In this document: one piece after another, positions 44,970 through 54,816 of the stretch | Numbering within the stretch: the first letter of the stretch is position 1 | How the letters are laid out: each line of letters starts with the position of its first letter | Source: an uncultured Pelagibacteraceae bacterium | GTDB lineage: Bacteria; Pseudomonadota; Alphaproteobacteria; Pelagibacterales; Pelagibacteraceae | Length of the DNA stretch: 64,000 nt | NCBI GenBank assembly: GCA_902539445.1 | Contig: CACBIY010000002.1 | Location: forward strand, 104,005-168,004 | Direction of reading: 5' to 3' | Position numbers and translations under genes: made by a program | The notes under the pieces: generated by a model | What the model was told of the DNA's origin: nothing | The model's database searches: none | Seen by the model: the letters and a program-made list of their open reading frames with translations, nothing else

Positions 44970-46129
44970 ATTCTCTCAACACATATGGCTATGCCCATTC
45001 CACCACCTATACATAGTGTAGCACAACCTTTATTTTTTTTCTGTTTTATCATTTCATGAATGAGTGTAACTAATATTCTTGCACCTGATGCTCCTATGGG
45101 ATGGCCTAAAGCTATGGCTCCTCCATTTACATTAACTTTACGCTCATCAATATTTAACTCACGAATTACAGCAATGCTTTGAGCAGCAAAAGCTTCATTA
45201 ATTTCAAAAAGATCTATATCATTCAGATTCCATTTTGCTTTTTTAACTGCTTCACGCACAGCCTCAATTGGCCCAAGACCCATCAGAGTTGGATCAACTC
45301 CAACTGAAGCCCATGAGATTATCTTAACTAATGGTTGAATTGATTTTTTTTTAGCCTCCTCTAAGGTTGTTAATAATAAAGCGGCAGCACCATCATTAAT
45401 TCCAGATGAATTTCCAGGTGTCACGGTTCCATCTTTTTGAAATACTGTTTTTAGCTTTTCTAAATCTAATTTAGTTAACTTTTTTCTAGGATGTTCATCT
45501 ATATCAAGATGGATACCAGGTTGGTTTATTTTAATTAGTTCCTCCTCAAATCTGTTAGTATTAATCGCAGTTTCTGTTTTTTTTTGAGAATTTAAGGCAA
45601 AGTCATCTTGATCGATTCTTGAAATATTAAATTTCTTTGCAACATTTTCAGCAGTTACACCCATATGATAATTATTAAATGCATCTATTAATCCGTCATT
45701 TATCATTGTATCTACTAAATGTTTCTCTGAAATTTTTTTATTATTTCGATAGAAAATTGAATGTGGAGCTAATGACATACTTTCTTGGCCACCAGAAATT
45801 ACATTTTTTACCTCTCCTAATTTAATTGATTGATAACCTGAGATTACGGCTCTAAGTCCAGAACCACAAACTTGATTTACTATGTGGGCTGGTTTAGAAA
45901 TATTTATACCTGCATTTATTGCGGCCTGTCTTGCAGGATTTTGGCCTCCACCAGCCGTGAGTACTTGGCCCATAATTACCTCATCAATATCATCTTTATT
46001 CAATTTACTTTTTCTTAAAATTTCTCTAATGACAATTGATCCCAACTTATCAGCACTTAACTCTTTAAGAGACCCTTTGTAGGCCCCAATTGGAGTTCTA
46101 ATAGCCTCTACAATTACAACTTCATTCAT
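44966..46129 (-). CDS. Acetyl-CoA C-acetyltransferase (thiolase)
   Basis: NQVCGSG, NEAFAAQ, GHPIGASG and CIGGGMG motifs. Confidence 0.95.
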   Translation of the reverse strand: MNEVVIVEAIRTPIGAYKGSLKELSADKLGSIVIREILRKSKLNKDDIDEVIMGQVLTAGGGQNPARQAAINAGINISKPAHIVNQVCGSGLRAVISGYQSIKLGEVKNVISGGQESMSLAPHSIFYRNNKKISEKHLVDTMINDGLIDAFNNYHMGVTAENVAKKFNISRIDQDDFALNSQKKTETAINTNRFEEELIKINQPGIHLDIDEHPRKKLTKLDLEKLKTVFQKDGTVTPGNSSGINDGAAALLLTTLEEAKKKSIQPLVKIISWASVGVDPTLMGLGPIEAVREAVKKAKWNLNDIDLFEINEAFAAQSIAVIRELNIDERKVNVNGGAIALGHPIGASGARILVTLIHEMIKQKKNKGCATLCIGGGMGIAICVERI

Positions 46130-46213
46130 TCAATTATTCATAATAATTTAAATTTGTCTTAGCATTAAAATACACTAAAAAATGATATAGAATAATAAAT
46201 AAAATTTAAAAAT

Positions 46214-46290
46214 GCGCCTGTAGCTCAACTGGATAGAGCGCTTGGCTACGGACCAGGAGGTTCTGGGTTCGACTCCTAGCAGGCGCACCA
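46214..46290 (+). tRNA. tRNA-Arg(ACG), CCA encoded
   Basis: GCGCCTG/CAGGCGC stem, CTTGG-CT ACG GA-CCAGG anticodon arm, GTTCGACTC. Confidence 0.97.
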
Positions 46291-46410
46291 TTAATAAGAT
46301 AAATTATGTTGAAATGGCTGATTAAATCTTCTCTTCAAATGTCTGTTATTTATTTTTTCTTAATTATTCTTATAATTTTAATTATTTTAACTTTTATACT
46401 TTAACGAATT

Positions 46411-46815
46411 ATGTCTAATTCATTTGAACAAATAAGTTTAAAACATGGTTTTATGAGACATAATGGTGGTGTTATGTTTAGGAATGTTTCTGAAACCGAA
46501 TATGAATTCAAATCAGTCATTAATGAAAACCATTTAAATGCGGCAGGTATAACTCATGGCGGATACTTGGCAGCTTTGATAGATGCTGGGGCTGGAACAG
46601 CAGCACACCGTAGTGTTCAAAATGCACCATGTGTAACAATTTCGTTAGATCTTAAATATATCGGTGCTTCAAAAATTGGTGATGAGATTATAGGGCATGT
46701 AAAAATTTTAAAAAAAACAAAAACTCTAGTATTTTTATTTTGTGAATTAAAATGTAATAACAAAATAATCACATCTGCTTCTGGAGTTTGGAAAATTCTT
46801 AAGATAAAATCTTAA
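46411..46815 (+). CDS. PaaI family (hotdog) thioesterase
   Basis: NAAGITHGGYLAALID motif. Confidence 0.88.
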   Translation: MSNSFEQISLKHGFMRHNGGVMFRNVSETEYEFKSVINENHLNAAGITHGGYLAALIDAGAGTAAHRSVQNAPCVTISLDLKYIGASKIGDEIIGHVKILKKTKTLVFLFCELKCNNKIITSASGVWKILKIKS

Positions 46816-46989
46816 GACTTTGTGTTTGATAGTAATTTGGACAATAAATCATATTATGTTAAGCTAGACCTTTTAAGAATTTGAAATGAGAACTTTTAAC
46901 AGAACGATTCGGTCATGTTTTAGTCTATTTTTGTTCTTTATTAGTAACTACATCTTGTAGGTAGAATATTTAATATACCAAAGATAGAA

Positions 46990-49467
46990 ATGAAAAAAAA
47001 TAAAATCACGGCAGTGCTGGGTCCAACAAATACTGGCAAAACCCATTTGGCAATAGAAACAATGCTCTCTTTCAATAGTGGGATGATTGGTTTTCCATTA
47101 AGACTTTTAGCTAGAGAAGTCTATGACAAAGTTATTAAAAAAACTAGATATGATGAAGTTGCATTAATAACTGGTGAAGAAAAAATTATACCTAACAATG
47201 CAAAATATTTTTTGTGTACAGTAGAGTCAATGCCAATAGATAAAGATTTAGAATTTGTAGGTGTTGATGAGATTCAAATGTGTGCAGACCATGAACGAGG
47301 TCATATTTTTACAGACAGATTGCTTAATATTAGAGGAAGTAAACTTACAATGTTTATGGGTTCAAATACAATCAAAGGAATAGTTTCAAAATTAAATGAT
47401 GATATAGAATTCATAGATAGAAAAAGATTATCTAAACTCACTTACTCAGGTTACAAAAAAATCTCACGTATTAATAGAAAAACAGCAATTATAGCTTTTT
47501 CAACGGAAGAAGTTTATGCAATAGCAGAATTAATACGAAGACAAAAAGGAGGGGCTGCAATTGTAATGGGATCTTTAAGTCCAAAAACAAGGAATGCGCA
47601 AGTAGAATTATACCAATCAGGTGATGTTGATTTTTTAGTTGCAACCGATGCAATTGGAATGGGTATAAATATGGATTTAGATCAAGTGTATTTTTCTAAT
47701 CTAAAGAAATTTGATGGAAAAAAATTAAGGAAACTTAATCTATCTGAGATAGGCCAAATTGCTGGAAGAGCAGGTAGATATCTCAATGATGGTAATTTTG
47801 GTATCACAGGTGATTGCAAGGAAATTACTGCTGAAGAAGTTGAACTTCTAGAAAACCATAAGTTTGAAAATATTAGAACGTTATTTTGGAGAAACTCAGA
47901 TTTAAATTTTAACAATGCCACTTCGTTATTAAAATCACTTGAAGAAAAGCCAAATAGAGATTGGCTAAGAAAAATTCATGAGTGCGAAGATGAGAAAGTT
48001 CTGAAGTATTTTTTAAAGAGGTTTGACATATATAATATGCAAAATGCAAAGGAAACATTGACACTACTATGGGAATGCTGTCAAATTCCTGACTTTGTAA
48101 AGAAAACTTATGGAAATCATATCGATGTCGTAGAAAAAGTTTTCAATTTTTTAAAAAGCGATAAGGGGAAAATATCAGATAATTTTATGCATTTACAGCT
48201 TATGAAACTTGATAAAATAGATGGAAATGTAGATTCTTTAGCAAATAGAATTGCAAATGTGAGAACTTGGTCATATGTTTCAAATAAAAACAATTGGGTT
48301 GAAAATCAAAATTACTGGATTGAAAAAACTAAATTCTTAGAGGATAAACTTTCAGATAGACTTCATGAGGAACTTACAAAAACATTTATTGATAAAAGAG
48401 CCAGTGTGCTTGCAAGAGGTTTAAAACAAGATATGGAATTTGATACTAAAATTTTAGAAAATAATAATGTAATGATTGACGATCAATTTATAGGTAAAAT
48501 AAATGGACTTAAATTAGAACTTGATCTTAAGAAAGGAGCTTTAGAAACCGATATTAAATCTCTCAAAAAAGCTGCAAGAAAGACGATAGGACCAGAACTA
48601 AAAAAAAGAGTCCAAATTGTAATTGATACAGGTTTAGTTGAATTAAAAAATGACTCTAAGATTTATTGGAATAATGCAACAATTGGTAAGTTAATTCCTG
48701 GTAAAGATTATTTAAGCCCTAACATTGAATTATTGGTGGATGACATGTTGGAGCAAAATCAAAAAATTAAATTAATTTCTTTTTTAGAAAAATGGCTAAA
48801 GAATAAAGTTTCAACAGTTTTAAAAAGCCTTTACGACTTAAAAGATCTAAAGGATAAAAACTCATCGATTAAAGCCTTAGCTTATCAACTTTATGAGAAT
48901 AATGGTGTGATTAAGAGAGATAATGTATCTGAATATTTGAAAAAATTAGATCAAAATGACAGAAAAATTTTAAGAGATCTAGGTGTAAAATTTGGTAGAT
49001 ATCATGTCTTTTTATTTAAATTGATAAAACCAGAACCAGTTTCATTAAGAACTCTTTTGTGGAAAAATCATAATCAAAAATACTTTAATCTGGAACCTCC
49101 AACTTTTGGCTTAAATTTTTTAAATGATAACAAAATTCAAAATAAAAACTTTATGTTACTTTGTGGATTTGAAAAATTTAATAATTTCTATATTAGAATA
49201 GATATTTTAGAAAGATTGTTTGTACAAATAATAAATTCGGATACAAAAGATATGAAAGAAATAAAGATGATACCAGAGATGTTAAATTTATTAGGATGTA
49301 ATAAAGATGACTTTAAACAATTGCTTAAAGCTATGAGTTATAAGATTTTAGAAAAAAATAACGAAGTTTTCTTTAGATATGTTCCAAAAAAGAGGGTAAA
49401 GCCTCAAAATAAAGAAAATATTAAAGAAAATCCCTTTGGTGTTCTTAAAAATTTAAATCTTAATTAA
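46990..49467 (+). CDS. Suv3-like superfamily 2 helicase
   Basis: GPTNTGKT, LRLLARE, CTVESM, DEIQ, ATDAIGMG and QIAGRAGR motifs. Confidence 0.9.
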   Translation: MKKNKITAVLGPTNTGKTHLAIETMLSFNSGMIGFPLRLLAREVYDKVIKKTRYDEVALITGEEKIIPNNAKYFLCTVESMPIDKDLEFVGVDEIQMCADHERGHIFTDRLLNIRGSKLTMFMGSNTIKGIVSKLNDDIEFIDRKRLSKLTYSGYKKISRINRKTAIIAFSTEEVYAIAELIRRQKGGAAIVMGSLSPKTRNAQVELYQSGDVDFLVATDAIGMGINMDLDQVYFSNLKKFDGKKLRKLNLSEIGQIAGRAGRYLNDGNFGITGDCKEITAEEVELLENHKFENIRTLFWRNSDLNFNNATSLLKSLEEKPNRDWLRKIHECEDEKVLKYFLKRFDIYNMQNAKETLTLLWECCQIPDFVKKTYGNHIDVVEKVFNFLKSDKGKISDNFMHLQLMKLDKIDGNVDSLANRIANVRTWSYVSNKNNWVENQNYWIEKTKFLEDKLSDRLHEELTKTFIDKRASVLARGLKQDMEFDTKILENNNVMIDDQFIGKINGLKLELDLKKGALETDIKSLKKAARKTIGPELKKRVQIVIDTGLVELKNDSKIYWNNATIGKLIPGKDYLSPNIELLVDDMLEQNQKIKLISFLEKWLKNKVSTVLKSLYDLKDLKDKNSSIKALAYQLYENNGVIKRDNVSEYLKKLDQNDRKILRDLGVKFGRYHVFLFKLIKPEPVSLRTLLWKNHNQKYFNLEPPTFGLNFLNDNKIQNKNFMLLCGFEKFNNFYIRIDILERLFVQIINSDTKDMKEIKMIPEMLNLLGCNKDDFKQLLKAMSYKILEKNNEVFFRYVPKKRVKPQNKENIKENPFGVLKNLNLN

Positions 49468-49471
49468 AATA

Positions 49472-49876
49472 ATGTTTTTTAAAAAAGATAAGAACGAAAA
49501 TAACAATCTATCTAAAGTAGCTGCACTTTTAATTCATGCAGCAAAAATTGATGAAAACTTTTCAAAAAGTGAAGAAGAAATTATAAAACAAGCTCTTTTA
49601 CAAATAGGTGCAAAAAATGAAAATTTAGAAAAAATATTTGCTGACGGCAAAAAAATTGAGGAAGATTCAAATCAAATCCTAGAATTTACAAAAGAAGTAA
49701 AAAATATGGAAGAAAAAGATAAATTAAAAATAATCGAAACACTTTGGAGAATAATTTACTCAAATAATGAAGCAGATATTTATGAAACAAGTTTAATGAG
49801 AAGACTAGGTGGACTTTTGTATATTGACAATAAACTAATGGGCGATATTAAAGAAAAAATTAAAAATAAAAACTAA
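49472..49876 (+). CDS. TerB family protein
   Basis: [13 protein letters not shown] and LWRIIYS...YE..LMRR pattern. Confidence 0.75.
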   Translation: MFFKKDKNENNNLSKVAALLIHAAKIDENFSKSEEEIIKQALLQIGAKNENLEKIFADGKKIEEDSNQILEFTKEVKNMEEKDKLKIIETLWRIIYSNNEADIYETSLMRRLGGLLYIDNKLMGDIKEKIKNKN

Positions 49877-49878
49877 AC

Positions 49879-50205
49879 ATGACTTACATAGTAAATGATA
49901 AATGTATTAAATGTAAATTGATGGACTGCGTCGAGGTTTGCCCTGTCGATTGTTTTTATGAAGGAAAAAATATGCTTGTAATTAAACCTGATGAGTGTAT
50001 AGATTGTGGCGTTTGTGAACCTGAATGTCCTGTAGATGCAATTAAAGCTGATATAGAGCCAGGGATGGAAAAGTGGTTAGAAATCAATAAACAGTATTCT
50101 GAAATCTGGCCTAACATAAGTGAGAAAAAAGATCCACCTTTGGATCATGAGAAGTATAAAGATGAGCAAAATAAGTTTGAAAAATATTTTAAAGAAAACC
50201 TTTAA
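49879..50205 (+). CDS. fdxA: 7Fe-type ferredoxin
   Basis: [18 protein letters not shown] and [12 protein letters not shown] motifs. Confidence 0.95.
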   Translation: MTYIVNDKCIKCKLMDCVEVCPVDCFYEGKNMLVIKPDECIDCGVCEPECPVDAIKADIEPGMEKWLEINKQYSEIWPNISEKKDPPLDHEKYKDEQNKFEKYFKENL

Positions 50206-51031
50206 AAAAAAAACAAAATCAAAAATCAAAAAAAAACCAATCAAAAAAGTTAAAAAAGCAAAAATTATCAAATTAAAAAAAGTAAAGAAAATTTCAAAGA
50301 TTACAAAAAAAATTGAAAAAAAAGGCAAACAAAAAACCGAAGTTCAAAACGAAAATTTAAGAATTCCCAAGAGCAATGAAATTAAGCCTGAAATCAAAAA
50401 GGTAAAAAAACAAAATTCTGAAAAAAGAGAATATAAGATTAAAGATTATATCGTATATCCTAAACATGGTGTAGGTCAAATTACAGAATTTAAAAAAATT
50501 AATATAGGTGGGATAGATGTTGAAACGTATATTATTAAATTCGAGAAAGACAAGGCTAATGGAATGGTACCAGTTAATAAACAATCTCATTTACGAGCTC
50601 TTTCCACAATTAATCAAGTCAATAAAAGTATTTCAATTTTAAAAAGCAAACCAAAGATTAAAAGATCTATGTGGAGTAGAAGAGCCCAAGAATATGAGGC
50701 CAAAATTTCCTCTGGTAAAATTTATGAATTAGCTGAGGTAGTAAGAGATCTAAATAAAGGTGACGATCTAATGATTGATCAATCTTATAGTGAAAGACAA
50801 CTTTTTGAAAAAGCCTATGATCGAATTCTTTCAGAATTCCAAATTGTTTTAAATGTTTCAAGAGAAGATACACAAAAAAAACTTGATAAAGCGCTCAAAA
50901 GAAATCTAAATAAGGAGTTAAAGGAAGAAGATAAAAGTACTAAAACATCTGATACAACTACAACTACAACTACAAGTGAATTAACTGTTGAAGAGCCAAT
51001 TTCAGAGGATGATGAACAAATAGAAGAATAA
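50162..51031 (+). CDS. carD: CarD/CdnL family RNAP-binding factor with Lys-rich N-tail and acidic C-tail
   Basis: [14 protein letters not shown] and WSRRAQEY motifs; follows fdxA as in alphaproteobacteria; start at MSKISLK inferred. Confidence 0.88.
   Translation: MSKISLKNILKKTFKKKTKSKIKKKPIKKVKKAKIIKLKKVKKISKITKKIEKKGKQKTEVQNENLRIPKSNEIKPEIKKVKKQNSEKREYKIKDYIVYPKHGVGQITEFKKINIGGIDVETYIIKFEKDKANGMVPVNKQSHLRALSTINQVNKSISILKSKPKIKRSMWSRRAQEYEAKISSGKIYELAEVVRDLNKGDDLMIDQSYSERQLFEKAYDRILSEFQIVLNVSREDTQKKLDKALKRNLNKELKEEDKSTKTSDTTTTTTTSELTVEEPISEDDEQIEE
50954..50977 (+). repeat. (ACAACT)x3+ACAAGT repeat encoding a poly-Thr tract in the CarD C-tail
   Basis: Read directly from sequence. Confidence 0.8.
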
Positions 51032-51073
51032 AAAAAACGCCTCTCACACATAAAGTTATGAGAAGCGTTTTTT
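51029..51073. terminator. Bidirectional intrinsic terminator between carD and the basic-peptide gene
   Basis: A-run, ACGC-CTCTCA ... TGAGA-AGCG, T-run; A/T tracts on both sides. Confidence 0.75.
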
Positions 51074-51091
51074 AAAAAGAATACTAAGTTA

Positions 51092-51169
51092 TTATCTTCT
51101 TCTTCTTTTTTTAGCTTTTTTCTTAGCTTTTTTCTTAGCCTTCTTTGCTTTTTTTCTTCTCTTAGGCAT
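51092..51169 (-). CDS. 25-aa protamine/histone-H1-like basic peptide MPKRRKKAKKAKKKAKKKAKKRRRR (not in ORF track)
   Basis: ATG with GGGAG Shine-Dalgarno 6 nt upstream, double TAA stop, downstream terminator and upstream TTGACA. Confidence 0.8.
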   Translation of the reverse strand: MPKRRKKAKKAKKKAKKKAKKRRRR

Positions 51170-51185
51170 CTTTAGCTCCCTTTTT

Positions 51186-51249
51186 AGTTAAACGAATCAA
51201 ACTGATTCGTAATTAACTTATTTTTATTTTTTTATACACGTTATGTCAA
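51186..51249 (-). promoter_or_regulatory. Candidate sigma70 promoter (TTGACA-17-TAAAAA) plus ACGAATCA/TGATTCGT palindrome upstream of the peptide gene
   Basis: -35 at 51249-51244, -10 at 51226-51221, inverted repeat 51192-51210 containing two GANTC sites. Confidence 0.55.
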
Positions 51250-51368
51250 TTCTTTAATTGAAGTATAAAATTTTGAAAAAAAATTTTTGTAAAAATATAA
51301 TTTTAAATTTTAAAAAAGTGCAAAAAAGTTAATGTTTATGCGCTTTATAATCAAATATTTTTAATAAA

Positions 51369-53069
51369 TTAATAAAGTTTTTCTAAATCATCTTTATATT
51401 TATCTAAAATTTTTTTTCTTTTTAATTTTAATGTTGGTGTTAACATTCCATTTTCAATTGAAAATTCTTCCTCAATTAATTTAAATTTTTTAACTTTTTC
51501 AACTAAAGATAAAGTTTTATTTAAATTTTCTAAAAAAATTTCAATTTCTTTTCTATTTTCGGTGCTTTCAGAAACAATTAATGCAACTAAATAAGTTTTT
51601 TTGTCTCCATAAACAAAACTTTGTTTAATTTTTTCATTTAAACATAATAAATTTTCAATTTTAGATGGTGAAATGTTATCTCCACCAAGAGTAACTATTA
51701 TCTCTTTCTTTCTATCAGTAATTTTTAAATTTCCTTCTTTTGTGATCTCCCCAATATCACCGGTGTGCAACCAACCATTCCTTATGACATCATCCGTCTC
51801 TTTTTTCATATTCCAATATCCAAGCATTACATTTTCACCTTTGACTAAAATTTCACCATCCTCAGCTATATTTACCTGATTTGTTTTAAAAGGAGGTCCT
51901 ACTGTGTCGATTTTGATTTTTTCAGGAATATTACAACTTACAACAGGTGAGGCCTCTGTAAGACCATAACCTTGGAGGGTAGGCAATCCAATTGCGTTTA
52001 AAAATTCTCCAATTTTTTGGTCTAAAGCACCGCCCCCAGACACAAAGGCTTTTAGTTTTCCACCGAACTGATTTTTTATCTTTTTTCTTACTAGTTTTTC
52101 ACAAAAAAAATTAACTAATTTTTCTTTTAAAGTTAAATTCTGATTATTTAGTTTTTTGATACCAAGGGAGATAGTGGATAATATCAGTTTTTTTTTGAAC
52201 CCTTTTTGTTTTGAAAAATTTATTGAAATTTTGCCATACAAATTTTGATAAAATCTTGGGACAGCTGTCATAATCGTAGGTTTTGCAATGGACATATTGG
52301 ATAATAACTTCTCTAGACTTTCAGCATAATAAATTCTTGCACCAAGTGAAATTTGAACAAATTGAACTGCATGCTCATATGAATGAGATAATGGTAACCA
52401 TGTTAAAAAAGTAGGTTCACCATCCTGAACTAATTGATTTAATATTGCTTGAGCTCCCTCACAATTTGATAAAATTCCTCCATGACTAAGCATTACCCCT
52501 TTAGGATTACCAGTCGTTCCGGATGTATAAATTATACAAGCAAGATCTTTTCTTTCAAGATTTTGATTAAAACTTATATGAGTATCTGATTTCTTTTTTT
52601 CTAAATATGCATCGAATATATTTTCTACATTTTCAACTCTTTCATTTATATTTTCAATAGATAAAACTTTAATCTCTTCTGAAATAAATTTTTCAATTTT
52701 TTTTAATTGGATTTCATTAGAAACAATACAAATTTTTGGCTTACAATCATTAATGATGTATTCATAATCTTTCTCTGAATAAGTTGTAAATAGTGGAACC
52801 GTTACTCCACCTGCATTCATAATCGATATATCAGAGATAAGCCACTCTGGTCGGTTTTCAGATAATAGTATACATCGGTCTCCATCAGCTAAATTTGTTC
52901 TTAAGTATTCAGACAAAATTTGAATTTTTAACGCAACTTGTTCCCAAGTAAAAAAATTTTTTTCATTTTCTTTTAACCATTTTAAAAATGGCCTATCGGC
53001 AACTGAGTTTATTTCTTTATACTTGGAAAAAAAAAGTTCTACTAAACTGTTTATTCTACTTAATTGCAT
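51369..53069 (-). CDS. Long-chain fatty acid-CoA ligase (AMP-binding)
   Basis: YTSGTTGNPKG, GYGLTE, GWLHTGDIG and TDRKK motifs. Confidence 0.92.
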   Translation of the reverse strand: MQLSRINSLVELFFSKYKEINSVADRPFLKWLKENEKNFFTWEQVALKIQILSEYLRTNLADGDRCILLSENRPEWLISDISIMNAGGVTVPLFTTYSEKDYEYIINDCKPKICIVSNEIQLKKIEKFISEEIKVLSIENINERVENVENIFDAYLEKKKSDTHISFNQNLERKDLACIIYTSGTTGNPKGVMLSHGGILSNCEGAQAILNQLVQDGEPTFLTWLPLSHSYEHAVQFVQISLGARIYYAESLEKLLSNMSIAKPTIMTAVPRFYQNLYGKISINFSKQKGFKKKLILSTISLGIKKLNNQNLTLKEKLVNFFCEKLVRKKIKNQFGGKLKAFVSGGGALDQKIGEFLNAIGLPTLQGYGLTEASPVVSCNIPEKIKIDTVGPPFKTNQVNIAEDGEILVKGENVMLGYWNMKKETDDVIRNGWLHTGDIGEITKEGNLKITDRKKEIIVTLGGDNISPSKIENLLCLNEKIKQSFVYGDKKTYLVALIVSESTENRKEIEIFLENLNKTLSLVEKVKKFKLIEEEFSIENGMLTPTLKLKRKKILDKYKDDLEKLY

Positions 53070-53073
53070 AATT

Positions 53074-53158
53074 TGGTGGGCGAAGAGAGAATCGAACTCT
53101 CACTTCTTGCGAAACACGATTTTGAGTCGTGCGCGTCTACCAGTTCCGCCATTCGCCC
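53074..53158 (-). tRNA. tRNA-Leu(CAA), CCA encoded
   Basis: GGGCGAA/TTCGCCC stem, CACGA-CT CAA AA-TCGTG anticodon arm, variable arm. Confidence 0.97.
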
Positions 53159-53216
53159 CGATTGTTTAATAATTAATTAAATAGTATAAGAACTAAAATT
53201 ATATTAAAACCAAAAA

Positions 53217-53822
53217 ATGTTTAAAAATCTTTACAAAAAATGTTTAGATTTAGCAGGTCACAAAAGTTCTAAATATTACTTAGCAATTGTGTCATTTGTT
53301 GAGAGCTCTTTTTTTCCTATTCCTCCTGACGTTATGGTTGTTCCGATGGTAATCTCCAAAAAAGCGGATTTTAAAAAAATTTTTTTTATAACAACAATAT
53401 TTTCAGTTTTAGGTGGTATGCTCGGCTATGTAATTGGAGCATTCTTTTTTGAGTTTGGAGCACATATCATGAATTTTTATGGTTATGAGGATAAACTATA
53501 TAATTTAAAAAAAAGCTTGATCAAAAATGATGGTTTTTATGCTTGGCTAGGGATTCTTTTTTTAGCAGGTTTTACCCCTCTTCCTTATAAAGTTTTTACG
53601 ATTGCAAGTGGTCTCATAGGATTTAATTTTTTAATATTTGTTTTAATAAGTTTAATTTCTAGAGGGTTAAGATTTTTTTTAGTGTCATATCTCTCTTATA
53701 AGTTTGGAGACTTGTTTAATGAATTTATGGATAAACATGGGTCAAAATGGTTTACGATAATTGGGATATTAATTGTTATTGTTGGATTAGTGGTTTATCT
53801 AATTTTTAGATCTAATGTTTAA
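53217..53822 (+). CDS. YqaA/DedA family membrane protein
   Basis: ESSFFPIPPD and FTPLPYK motifs. Confidence 0.9.
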   Translation: MFKNLYKKCLDLAGHKSSKYYLAIVSFVESSFFPIPPDVMVVPMVISKKADFKKIFFITTIFSVLGGMLGYVIGAFFFEFGAHIMNFYGYEDKLYNLKKSLIKNDGFYAWLGILFLAGFTPLPYKVFTIASGLIGFNFLIFVLISLISRGLRFFLVSYLSYKFGDLFNEFMDKHGSKWFTIIGILIVIVGLVVYLIFRSNV

Positions 53823-54300
53823 TTTAAAAGCTGAATTTTATTTAAAAATAATTTTTTTATTTAGCTTTATTGCTTTAATTTCAGCTTTTTTTATAGAATA
53901 TATTCTTGGACATCAGCCTTGTAATTTATGTTTAATAGAGAGAATTCCCTATGGATTAAGCATTATGATAATAATGGCGATTTTTTTAATTAGAAAAAAT
54001 CAGAAATTCCTAGTTATGTTATTAATCCTTACTTTTATCTTCTCTTTTGCAATTTCATTTTATCATTTTGGAATTGAACAAGGTTTTTTTCAGGAGTCAT
54101 CTGTTTGTGGAGTAAAGAGTTCGACAGAAATTGTCACTAAAGAAGATTTGCTTAAACAATTAAGTGAAAAAACAATAAGTTGTAAAGATGTGACATTTAG
54201 GATTTTTGGATTATCGCTCACAAGCATTAATATTATAATTAGTTTATTGTTTATTATAACACTTTTCAAAATTTTTAAGAAATATGAAAAAAACAAATAA
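53815..54300 (+). CDS. dsbB: Disulfide bond formation protein B family
   Basis: PCNLCLIER motif, second periplasmic Cys pair, 4 TMs. Confidence 0.85.
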   Translation: MFNLKAEFYLKIIFLFSFIALISAFFIEYILGHQPCNLCLIERIPYGLSIMIIMAIFLIRKNQKFLVMLLILTFIFSFAISFYHFGIEQGFFQESSVCGVKSSTEIVTKEDLLKQLSEKTISCKDVTFRIFGLSLTSINIIISLLFIITLFKIFKKYEKNK

Positions 54301-54814
54301 AAGAGTACAGGAATTTATTAGAGTTGATCATGCTGGTGAAAGAGGTGCTGTCAAAATCTATGAAGGCCAATTGTTAGCTTTAAACACTATTGTAAAAAAT
54401 GAAAGTTTAAAAAAAACAATTGAAGATATGAAAGAACACGAAATAGAACATTGTCAATTTTTTGAAAAAGAGATAAAAAAAAGAAATATAGAACCAACAA
54501 AATTTTTACCCTTATGGGATTTACTAGGTGTTGGTTTGGGTTTTGGCTCTACATTATTAGGCAAAAAAGCTGCAATGCTATGTACAGCATCCGTTGAAGA
54601 AGTTATTGATAAACATTATTTAGATCAGATTAATCAGCTTGGTCCTGAAGAGGAAGAATTAAAAAAAAAAATTACAAAATTTAGACAAGATGAATTAGAT
54701 CATAAGGATATTGCTTATGAAGAGGGTGCAACAAAAAAAGGCTTTTACGCTATAATGGACAGAATTATCAAAACTGGATCTAAATTAGCAATAAATATTT
54801 CTGAGAAAATTTAA
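54284..54814 (+). CDS. coq7: Demethoxyubiquinone hydroxylase (Coq7)
   Basis: IRVDHAGE, HE.EH, VEEVIDKHY and DE.DH di-iron motifs. Confidence 0.92.
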   Translation: MKKTNKRVQEFIRVDHAGERGAVKIYEGQLLALNTIVKNESLKKTIEDMKEHEIEHCQFFEKEIKKRNIEPTKFLPLWDLLGVGLGFGSTLLGKKAAMLCTASVEEVIDKHYLDQINQLGPEEEELKKKITKFRQDELDHKDIAYEEGATKKGFYAIMDRIIKTGSKLAINISEKI

Positions 54815-54816
54815 TT

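Noticed and set aside
46306-46404. 32-aa hydrophobic ORF after tRNA-Arg (MLKWLIKSS...)
   Set aside because: T-rich DNA gives such ORFs by chance, and there is no RBS; unsupported without conservation data
46890-46905. Alphaproteobacterial LexA box upstream of the helicase
   Set aside because: GAAC-N8-GAAC, whereas the consensus spacing is N7
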